64,000 nt of DNA, taken from assembly GCA_963675295.2 (NCBI GenBank), contig CAXXKJ010000002.1, positions 3,328,001-3,392,000 of the forward strand, written 5' to 3'. Below the pieces are notes generated by a model, which saw only the letters and a program-made list of their open reading frames with translations, ran no database searches and had not been told where the DNA came from. Position numbers and translations under genes: made by a program. Source of the DNA: a bacterium. Its GTDB lineage: Bacteria > Electryoneota > Electryoneia > Electryoneales > Electryoneaceae. Below, one piece after another: positions 31,810 to 40,253 of this stretch; the first letter of the stretch is position 1; each line of letters starts with the position of its first letter.

Positions 31810-34113
31810 CTAACTTGAACTATTAAGACGTTTGTAACTAATGGCAGAGTACACTATCCACCATAATCCTATTGACAAAAGAACTAATAATAATCTGTTT
31901 TCGTCTTCATATCCATAGTATTTAGCAACTGTGTCCGGAATCTCATTCACAATTCTCTCTGCTATGGCTGGGACAACTCCATCCTGGCTTTCAAGCTGAA
32001 GCGATCCTTCGAAACCCCAGCGGGAAAGCATTAAGCCTGAAATCAACTGAACGAATTCTGGAAGCTCTTTCAAACGAACAATCATTCCAGCGAGTACCAC
32101 CTGTGGAATAAGTACTACCGGTACAAGTGCAAGTGCAGAATTTTCTGAGGATGCAAGGGACGATATCATCAATCCAAGTGCAGTTCCTGTGAAGCAGACG
32201 GCAAACAGCATCAGGAAATGAGAAAACCATCCACCGGAGAAGTCAAGAACAGGAAAGACAAAAGCTAGGAGAACTCCTACCTGTAGAGCATCAATGACAG
32301 CAAGTACCACTAGTTTGGAGAGCAGGTAATTGCTGGTCAGAAGGAAAACACCCCGCTCTCGACGAAAAATTGCTCGTTCCTGTACAATCTCCCTGGCTGC
32401 GTTGGACGCTCCCAACCAGATCGCGGCAATGTTCAGCAGGAAGAGAGGTGTCGCAATGGGATAGGGTTGTTCTGCTGAAGAGTGTGTATCATAGAAAACA
32501 GCCGCAATAAGAGCGCCTATGATCGGCGCCTGGAGAAGAAGAATTAATGTTTGCAAACGATCGCGAAGCTTGATCTCTCCGTATCTCGCGATAAGATGTG
32601 TCAGCTGTGATAATCCGTGAACTGGTCTTGGCTCAGGATTTGTCGGCGATGTCCAGTTCTTACTGTGTTGACGTTTAGCCACGTAACTGTCGTGGAAACT
32701 GGATTGCTGATAAGTTTCTGCCCACTGGGTTGCGTTTCGTGTTTGCAACTTTGAAAAGATATCTTCCGGTGAATCAACTTCGAAGTATTCGGCAGCCTTG
32801 CTAGCAGGTCCAAAATACGCCAGATACCCGCTTTCAGTAAGCACAACTAACATGTCCAGCATTTCAAAATTACGCTTGGAGATGTTGTGCGTAGTCAGAA
32901 AAACCGTTTTTCCGCGGCGGGTCAATGACCTGAGCATAGTCATGACTTCCTTGTCACTCTGCGGATCGAGACCGCTGCAAGGTTCATCAAGAAAAAGCAC
33001 TGATGGCTGGGTGATCAATTCCTGGGCGCTGTTTACACGTTTTCGTTGACCACCCGAAATCCCTTTCTTTACAGGGCTACCTATCTCCGTGTCACGAATT
33101 GCCTCGAGTCCAAGGTCATGGATGACACGGTTTACTTCACGGCGACGCTCATCCACGTTCAGTTCCGGTAACCGCAAAGCGGCATTGTGGTTCAGGGAGG
33201 ATTCCACTGTTAACTCTGGATGGATGATATCATCCTGGGGCACATAACCGATGAATCCACGGAAACGGGCACTTTCCTTGTGTAGGTTGATTGCATTGAT
33301 GTGTACAGAACCGTAAGCTGGGCGAAGATAACCATTCATTGCCATCATCAAGGTGGTCTTTCCGGATCCGCTCGGTCCGATCAACCCAACAAACTCACCT
33401 GGATTCAACACCACTGAAATGTCATACAGAAGTGTCTTCTCGCCACCTCGCACTGGTACTTTCACGGACAGCTTGCTGACCTCGATGCGAGCTTCTCCTT
33501 CAGCAGCTTCCTCTTCAACAATCTCCTTTTGCCTCGGGAATAATACAACCGGGAGGCCTGCAATTAGGACCCGATTGTTTTCATCAATAATGCGTCGAGA
33601 TATACGTTCGCCATCTACAAACGTACCATTGCTACTTCCTAAGTCTTCCAGCCACCATGCGTTTTCCTTTTCGCCCTTGAGCTGGGCGTGATAGCGAGAT
33701 ACACGTGGGTGGGAAATGACAAAATCGTTGTCTGCGGATCGTCCTATAGTGAGTGTGGTTTTCTTTTCTTCTTTGATGATGAACGTCCAGGCACCAGTAA
33801 TTCCGGTGCGATGGCTAGATTCCAAGTCACTGTCAGCCACTTCTGCATCAAGTGGCTGGTTCACCCAATGTGACAGTAGATCGTTTGACCAATCAAGTTC
33901 AACGGATACTGAGATCCGAACAGGATCCCCGATACGTATCTGTTTTCTATTGATTCGTTCCTGCCCGACATATGTACCGTTGGAAGAGTTCAGATCTTCG
34001 AGCCACAAACCATCGAGAGTTTTCGTGATGCGGGCATGGTGGCTTGAAACGTGTGGATCTGTAAGTACCAGATCGTTATCTGAAGAACGTCCAATTGTGA
34101 ACACCTTCTGCAT
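31810..34113 (-). CDS. FHA-FHA-ABC(G-type) transporter, Rv1747-like
   Basis: Two FHA domains (IGRS.DND..VS..HA..LEDL.SSNGT.V); GPSGSGKT, ISGGQRKR, FLDEP; about six C-terminal TM helices. Confidence 0.92.
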   Translation of the reverse strand: MQKVFTIGRSSDNDLVLTDPHVSSHHARITKTLDGLWLEDLNSSNGTYVGQERINRKQIRIGDPVRISVSVELDWSNDLLSHWVNQPLDAEVADSDLESSHRTGITGAWTFIIKEEKKTTLTIGRSADNDFVISHPRVSRYHAQLKGEKENAWWLEDLGSSNGTFVDGERISRRIIDENNRVLIAGLPVVLFPRQKEIVEEEAAEGEARIEVSKLSVKVPVRGGEKTLLYDISVVLNPGEFVGLIGPSGSGKTTLMMAMNGYLRPAYGSVHINAINLHKESARFRGFIGYVPQDDIIHPELTVESSLNHNAALRLPELNVDERRREVNRVIHDLGLEAIRDTEIGSPVKKGISGGQRKRVNSAQELITQPSVLFLDEPCSGLDPQSDKEVMTMLRSLTRRGKTVFLTTHNISKRNFEMLDMLVVLTESGYLAYFGPASKAAEYFEVDSPEDIFSKLQTRNATQWAETYQQSSFHDSYVAKRQHSKNWTSPTNPEPRPVHGLSQLTHLIARYGEIKLRDRLQTLILLLQAPIIGALIAAVFYDTHSSAEQPYPIATPLFLLNIAAIWLGASNAAREIVQERAIFRRERGVFLLTSNYLLSKLVVLAVIDALQVGVLLAFVFPVLDFSGGWFSHFLMLFAVCFTGTALGLMISSLASSENSALALVPVVLIPQVVLAGMIVRLKELPEFVQLISGLMLSRWGFEGSLQLESQDGVVPAIAERIVNEIPDTVAKYYGYEDENRLLLVLLSIGLWWIVYSAISYKRLNSSS

Positions 34114-34121
34114 GCTGCTCC

Positions 34122-35006
34122 TCAGTAGCGTACGATTTCACCCCTGTCCTCGACGGGAACAGTAATCTTCAATTCACGGAACACAAGGTGTGCGGTACCC
34201 TCCACCCGCCACTCCCAGCCACGGTTTAGCACTCCGGATATGACGGACGAGCCCAGTTTCAACGAACCCACGCGCAGCTTCAGATCAGTATGGATTGGGC
34301 TTAGTGGGACAAGATGCAGCATTTCATGGGAGTGGATTTCACCAGTCATTGAATCGTTAATGAAAAGATCCAGATCCAGTGAATCGACGGTCAGGTCAGC
34401 GTCAAAAGGATTGATAAATCCAATCCTGACCGTCAATTCCTGTTCCTGCACTCCAAGTTTCCGTAGCCCGACCCGTTCTATTTCAATACCAGCTCGATCC
34501 ACTTGTTCACTGGCCCAGTCTCGTACCATCTGCTTAAACGGCAAGATCACGTCGAGCTCAAACTCTTGTTCAAGCTGGCCTATACCAGTACTCAACTCCA
34601 GCTTTACTGGTGCGGTGACGTTTACTGAATCCGCGCCAAGGACTGCCCGTTCCCAAACAGGCAGGTAGCTGTCGCGCAGAACCAGCGGAAGCGTTAAACG
34701 TATCGTATCGCGAGCTGCGATCTCTGTGTAACCAGTCCAGGTTCCTTTGCCGGCGAGTTCACCATCCAACAGCACGTCGTAATAAGCGCGTTCCAACGTA
34801 GCGCCAACACGATTGGGATTGTATAGAGCAATGCTGACCGCAAGAGAGGTTGAATCTTCGCCTATGGCATCTACTTCTACACGTTCGATTCCAGCGAACT
34901 GTGGTGGTTTGATCACACTGCAGGAGATCATTGTGACTGCCAATAAAACCCCTGCGAGGTTTTGAAACATTACTCCATTCTTAGTTGTCACCTCGCGCTG
35001 CTTCAT
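34122..35006 (-). CDS. LEA_2/WHy double-domain lipoprotein
   Basis: Lipobox-like MISC after a hydrophobic stretch; YNPN and INPF motifs in two beta-sandwich repeats. Confidence 0.7.
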   Translation of the reverse strand: MKQREVTTKNGVMFQNLAGVLLAVTMISCSVIKPPQFAGIERVEVDAIGEDSTSLAVSIALYNPNRVGATLERAYYDVLLDGELAGKGTWTGYTEIAARDTIRLTLPLVLRDSYLPVWERAVLGADSVNVTAPVKLELSTGIGQLEQEFELDVILPFKQMVRDWASEQVDRAGIEIERVGLRKLGVQEQELTVRIGFINPFDADLTVDSLDLDLFINDSMTGEIHSHEMLHLVPLSPIHTDLKLRVGSLKLGSSVISGVLNRGWEWRVEGTAHLVFRELKITVPVEDRGEIVRY

Positions 35007-35809
35007 TTGAGACGCTCCAGCGCTTCTTCGGCGGCAGCGTGCCGCTCACGGAAATAAGGATGGCTGGTCAGGTAGCTATCCATCCTTCGTAGAATGGCAT
35101 CAATCTCATCGGTGGGTTCGTCATAGATGCCTTGTTCTTTTTCTATGTCAATCATCTTGTCCATGAATCTCAGCATGCCTTCTGGATCATATCCGGCCTC
35201 GTGCATCAACCGCATGCCTACTGTATCCGCCTCAATTTCCTGGTCCCTGGAAAATGGGTACGTCACAACAGAGTACCCGATTTGCGTCAGCACACCTGCC
35301 TCGATACCCGCAATACGCTCTGCTGCTGCCGCATGCTGAATTCGATGCACACAATGTTTTTGGTCCACATGCGTCATTTCGTGCGCGATCACAGCTGCAA
35401 GTTCATCCTCGTCAAGTTCTAAATCTAACAACCCGGTGTATATCCAGACCCATCCACCGGCCGAAGCAAAAGCGTTGGTAGTGCTGTCCTCCTCAACCAG
35501 TTGAAATGAATAAGGTCGTAATGAACCTCGTTGCAGTACTGCTTCCAGGCGAGAACCAATTGATTGGATACGTCTCTCCCGCTTGCCATGCAGTAGGGTG
35601 AGGTCACTATTGATCTGTTCCGCTATCCGCTCGCCGAGCTCTTTCTCCTCGTCATCTGTCATATTTGTCGCAGGACGGAGCGTCGAGTCAGCAGCTTGGA
35701 CAATTGTCTTCGCAGTGTTAAACAGATCATCTAAGAGTTGGGCTTTTACTGGCTGCATGATCAACAGAATAAGTGCAGCGAAAAACACTACTAATCTAAA
35801 TATCCGCAC
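35003..35809 (-). CDS. Exported M48-family metallopeptidase
   Basis: Signal peptide; NAFA..GG.V.IYTGLL, AVIAHEMTH, FSRDQEIEAD, GYDP, SHP. Confidence 0.88.
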   Translation of the reverse strand: MRIFRLVVFFAALILLIMQPVKAQLLDDLFNTAKTIVQAADSTLRPATNMTDDEEKELGERIAEQINSDLTLLHGKRERRIQSIGSRLEAVLQRGSLRPYSFQLVEEDSTTNAFASAGGWVWIYTGLLDLELDEDELAAVIAHEMTHVDQKHCVHRIQHAAAAERIAGIEAGVLTQIGYSVVTYPFSRDQEIEADTVGMRLMHEAGYDPEGMLRFMDKMIDIEKEQGIYDEPTDEIDAILRRMDSYLTSHPYFRERHAAAEEALERLK

Positions 35810-35826
35810 TTCGACCTCCAGTTAAA

Positions 35827-37155
35827 CTATTGTTGTGAACAAAAACCGATTATTATACTTATAAAAGTAAATAGTAAAATTATTACAAATATTGCCGTTG
35901 CTCTACCATCAATATCCTTTTCCCTATCAACATTAAGATGGTCTCGTGCTGGAGGAAACTTCAAACTTACTGAGTGATTTAGATATTCTTTTGCTAATTC
36001 TCTTTCTTCTTGCGCCTCAAGTAGTCTTCCATACAAATAGGATGCCTGTTGTCCTCGTACTTTCAATAGCTTATGCACACCATTCATTATTTCCTTTTCA
36101 CTCTTATCTAGTAGCTGGCGACAAGGTTCTATAACATATTCTTTACTGAAATATTGTCTGTATTCTCCATTTTCCATTTCATCCACTAGTTCTCTTAGTC
36201 TTAACTGTACGGCATTTTCATATTCCTTTTGTTGACTCTCAAGAAGTGGTTCGGGCAGGTTACTACCTGAAAAACTGCTTTCATGAGCCGCTTCCTGGTA
36301 CGAAATAGTTTCTGATAAATCAGTGTCACTCAACAACTTGAAAAGTACGTCACAGTTTTGAATCCGTTGATCCAAATCGCGGGCTAGTGCATGATGGAGA
36401 ATCTCGACCAAAGATTCCGGGATATACGGATAAAACTCCCGTGGGTCAGGGATTGGATCTTCGAGGCAGGATTTCATGAACACAAACTCAGAGGTCTCGT
36501 CCTCATCGAAAGGCGCCCGTCCAGCGAGCATCACGTAAAGTGTCATACCGAGCGCGTAGATGTCAGCCCGATGATCGACCTGCTTACCGAGAATTTGTTC
36601 GGGTGCCATGTAAACTGGTGTGCCGAGGATGGTTCCTGTGCGCGTCAGCTTTGACTGGCCAGCTACCTTTGCGATCCCGAAATCGGTGACCTTAACAACG
36701 TTGTCCGTGGTGACGAGGACATTGGACGGCTTCAGATCACGATGCACCACGCCCTTGGCGTGTGCGTAATTGACTGCCTGCAGAAGCTGATTAAAAAGTC
36801 GGAGCGCTCGTTCGTGGGGGATCGGACCAACCTCTCGTCCGATCATTTGCTCGAGGTTACGACCCTCGACGTACTCCATAACCAACGCGATACCACCTTC
36901 AAACTGAATGAAATCGTGCACTTGGACGATATTCGGGTGGGTAAGTCTGGCCATGGTTTTGGCTTCACGAGCCATTCGTTCGCGCAACTCTGCAGCTCGC
37001 GCCGGCTGGTCAACCATAACTTTGAGGGCTGTCGGACGATCCAGCACCTCATGCTCAGCCAGATAGACCACACCCATTCCACCCCGTCCCAATTCTCGAA
37101 TTACTTTATAATTCGGAATGATCGGTAGCGGTATCTTGACTGCTTGTTTATCCAT
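35827..37155 (-). CDS. Ser/Thr protein kinase 6 (kinase + TPR/Sel1-like helix pair + C-terminal TM)
   Basis: GRGGMGVVY, HRDLKPSN, DFG, APE; hydrophobic C-terminus. Confidence 0.93.
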   Translation of the reverse strand: MDKQAVKIPLPIIPNYKVIRELGRGGMGVVYLAEHEVLDRPTALKVMVDQPARAAELRERMAREAKTMARLTHPNIVQVHDFIQFEGGIALVMEYVEGRNLEQMIGREVGPIPHERALRLFNQLLQAVNYAHAKGVVHRDLKPSNVLVTTDNVVKVTDFGIAKVAGQSKLTRTGTILGTPVYMAPEQILGKQVDHRADIYALGMTLYVMLAGRAPFDEDETSEFVFMKSCLEDPIPDPREFYPYIPESLVEILHHALARDLDQRIQNCDVLFKLLSDTDLSETISYQEAAHESSFSGSNLPEPLLESQQKEYENAVQLRLRELVDEMENGEYRQYFSKEYVIEPCRQLLDKSEKEIMNGVHKLLKVRGQQASYLYGRLLEAQEERELAKEYLNHSVSLKFPPARDHLNVDREKDIDGRATAIFVIILLFTFISIIIGFCSQQ

Positions 37156-37174
37156 CTATGTTACTCTGCATGAG

Positions 37175-38758
37175 TCAATCCAGTTTGGATTTACGTATAA
37201 GCCTAAAACCAACGTAAGGAAAATGAAAGCCTGGATAGAATTTTATTCTTGCCGCTGGCGAACATATTGCATGCCCATGCATATATGACCCTCCTCTCAC
37301 AGCCTTCACTCTGGATTTATCAGATCTAGCTTTCTTATCATCACCTTCTATCAATAGTTCATACCTCTTGTACCAATTATCACACCATTCCGCTACATTA
37401 CCTAACATATCATAAAGGCCCCATGGGTTAGGCTTTTTTGTACCAACATTATGTATTTTATTATCGCTGTTTGATTCATACCATGCATATAGATCCAATT
37501 TATCTTCTCTATCACCCCACCAATATCTTTGGTGATCTTTAGAAGCACGACATGCATACTCCCACTGAATTTCAGTTGGCAATGAATAGTAATATTCATC
37601 ATCTTCTAAATTAAGTTTATTTATAAAATCAATAATATCAAACCAAGTCACTTTTACAACAGGATAATCCTCATGATATATCTGTTCCTTATTTTTAGAA
37701 TTAAATGAATACCACATTTTATTAGTAACCAGTGTATTCATAATTTCAAATGCTGATACATAGGTTTCGTGACGAGGTTTTTCTGATTCTAAAGCATATT
37801 GATCTTCATCTGAGGAACCCATCATAAATTTTCCACCAGGTAGTGTAACGAAATTCATGTTCTCTAGTGGGCCCTCTTTCGTCACAAACCTATTATTACT
37901 GCTTACAGATATCAGATTATTCTTTTTTTCGGTTCTATCAATAATATTTACTAGATTATCACAGCTTTCGATCCTTGTTTCTATATTCCTATCTATTGTA
38001 GAGTAAATAATATCGACCATACGTTGAGGTATGTGCGGATAAAACTCTCTTGGATCGCGTATTGGATCCTCAAGACATGATTTCATTATCAGAAACTCGG
38101 ACGTTTCCTCATCATCGAATGGGGGTCTTCCAGCCAGCATCACATACAAAGTCATCCCCAACGCATAAATATCAGCCCGGTGATCGACCTCTTTCGCAAG
38201 AATCTGTTCTGGTGCCATGTAGATAGGCGAGCCAAGAACGGTTCCGGTTCGAGTCAGTTTTGAATCACCTACGGCTTTAGCAATACCGAAATCCGTCACC
38301 TTCACCCGGCCATCCTTGGCAACGAGGATGTTCGCCGGCTTAAGGTCCCTGTGTACTATGCCTTTCTCATGGGCGGCACCCACTGCACCAAGAATCTGCC
38401 TGAAAAGAGGCAACGCACGTTCATGGGGAATTGGGCCAACCTCTCGGCCAATCATCTCCTCCAGGGTACGGCCTTCCACGTATTCCATCACCAAGGCAAC
38501 ATTTTTACCATGATCGACTAGGTCAAAGATCCGAACGATGTTTTCGTGGTCGAGTGTCGCCATGACCCGTGCTTCGCGAAGAAAACGTTCGCGAATGGTC
38601 GCATCCCTCGCATACTGCTCGAGCATGAACTTGATGGCGACCTTACGCTGCAAAACCTCGTGTTCTGCCAGGTACACCACACCCATACCACCCCGACCGA
38701 TTTCCCTGATCAGGCGGTAATTCGGGATCACTGGGTACTGTCCATCAACCTCTATCAC
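37175..38758 (-). CDS. Ser/Thr protein kinase 5 (kinase + FGE-sulfatase/SUMF1 domain, no TM seen)
   Basis: Kinase motifs; FMMGS, LPTEIQWEYACRA, NPWGLYDMLGNVAEWC, RGGS, GFRL. Confidence 0.93.
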   Translation of the reverse strand: MIEVDGQYPVIPNYRLIREIGRGGMGVVYLAEHEVLQRKVAIKFMLEQYARDATIRERFLREARVMATLDHENIVRIFDLVDHGKNVALVMEYVEGRTLEEMIGREVGPIPHERALPLFRQILGAVGAAHEKGIVHRDLKPANILVAKDGRVKVTDFGIAKAVGDSKLTRTGTVLGSPIYMAPEQILAKEVDHRADIYALGMTLYVMLAGRPPFDDEETSEFLIMKSCLEDPIRDPREFYPHIPQRMVDIIYSTIDRNIETRIESCDNLVNIIDRTEKKNNLISVSSNNRFVTKEGPLENMNFVTLPGGKFMMGSSDEDQYALESEKPRHETYVSAFEIMNTLVTNKMWYSFNSKNKEQIYHEDYPVVKVTWFDIIDFINKLNLEDDEYYYSLPTEIQWEYACRASKDHQRYWWGDREDKLDLYAWYESNSDNKIHNVGTKKPNPWGLYDMLGNVAEWCDNWYKRYELLIEGDDKKARSDKSRVKAVRGGSYMHGHAICSPAARIKFYPGFHFPYVGFRLIRKSKLD

Positions 38759-38800
38759 TCTTACTCACTTTCAAACGGTTTCAGGAAACTCAAATACCGA

Positions 38801-38840
38801 GACAACGTTTGATGCTGAAGGATATAGGGCAAACGTTGTC
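38801..38840. other. 11-bp-stem hairpin at the end of kinase 4
   Basis: gacaacgtttg (38801-38811) / caaacgttgtc (38830-38840); no U-tract. Confidence 0.4.
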
Positions 38841-40179
38841 AAACACCACTAATTATTATTGCTAGTATAACAAGAATAACAATAGCTATAGTTATATACA
38901 TAATCTTGCTTTCTTCGGTGAAGACAAATTTTGCTTTTATATACTCTCTTGCATGACTAAACCCATCACTATACGAAATTTTATAATATTTTTGTGCTTG
39001 ATTTGGTAATCCTAACTTTTCCAATATTCTTGCTCTTAACCAAATGAATTCAGCGTCGCCTTCATTAATTTTATTGTCTATCTCTATAACTAAATCTAAA
39101 TATTCAAATGTTAACATAAAGTCAATTTCATTCATAAACTTTTGAGAAAATACGGCGGGATTCGCACTATGTATTTCATTATGTATTATATCTAATATCT
39201 CTCTGTAGACACTAAATCCACTATGATATTTTGTAGATTGCTTTGGAAATTGGTTTTTAAGTGATGTTCCTTTAGTCTTGCTATTTGATTTCTCCACGAT
39301 TAAATTCGAGTTGTCATCATATTCGTTATCTGGCTTATCAAGCATTATAGATATTCTATCACAATCACCATACCTTTTTCCTCTGTCTCTTTCCAACATT
39401 TTCATTGTTATTTTTACTAAACCTTTAGGTATATAGGGATAAAAATCGCGAGGATCAGGAATCGGATCCTCCAAACAGGCCTTCATGAAGGCAAATTCAG
39501 ATAGATCCTCATCATCAAATGGAGGCCTTCCAGCCAGCATCACGTAGAGCGTCATCCCCAGGGAGTAGATATCCGCCCGGTGATCGACTGCCCTACCGAG
39601 GATCTGTTCAGGTGGCATGTAGACCGGCGTTCCCAGCATGGTTCCGGTACGAGTCAGCTTGGACTGCCCAGCCACCTTAGCTATTCCAAAATCCGTCACC
39701 TTGATTTGATTGTCCTTTGTCACCAGGACATTGGATGGTTTCAGATCTCTGTGCACTATACCCCGCTTGTGAGCGTAGGTCACAGCGCCGAGGAGTTGTC
39801 TGAAAAGCGGCAGTGCACGTTCATACGGTATTGGCCCAACCTCTCTCCCGATCATCTGTTCAAGGTCGCGTCCCTCAACATATTCCAGCACGAGCGCGAT
39901 TCCGCCGGGGAACTGAAGATGATCCAGCACTTTTACGATATTCGGATGGTCCAGCTCTGACATCGTGCGAGCTTCACGAGCCATGCGTTCGCGAAGCTCG
40001 GAGTTCTTCGCAAACTGATCCAACATCACTTTGAGGGCGATCTGACGGTTCAGCACTTCGTGCTCCGCCAGATATACCGCCCCCATACCACCTCGGCCGA
40101 TTTCCCTGAGGATCCGATAATTCGGCACAATCGGCAGTGGGATTTGGATATCACCTTTCTGAGTTTGAGATTTGCTCAC
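38839..40179 (-). CDS. Ser/Thr protein kinase 4 (kinase + TPR/Sel1-like helix pair + C-terminal TM)
   Basis: GRGGMGAVY, HRDLKPSN, DFG, PPE; tail IMYITIAIVILVILAIII. Confidence 0.93.
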   Translation of the reverse strand: MSKSQTQKGDIQIPLPIVPNYRILREIGRGGMGAVYLAEHEVLNRQIALKVMLDQFAKNSELRERMAREARTMSELDHPNIVKVLDHLQFPGGIALVLEYVEGRDLEQMIGREVGPIPYERALPLFRQLLGAVTYAHKRGIVHRDLKPSNVLVTKDNQIKVTDFGIAKVAGQSKLTRTGTMLGTPVYMPPEQILGRAVDHRADIYSLGMTLYVMLAGRPPFDDEDLSEFAFMKACLEDPIPDPRDFYPYIPKGLVKITMKMLERDRGKRYGDCDRISIMLDKPDNEYDDNSNLIVEKSNSKTKGTSLKNQFPKQSTKYHSGFSVYREILDIIHNEIHSANPAVFSQKFMNEIDFMLTFEYLDLVIEIDNKINEGDAEFIWLRARILEKLGLPNQAQKYYKISYSDGFSHAREYIKAKFVFTEESKIMYITIAIVILVILAIIISGV

Positions 40180-40253
40180 TTCAGATTCCTTTAGTATCCA
40201 TCCATCAAAGATTCAGCTGACCCGTCTTTGCTTACGTGGGTGAAAGCTATGGA

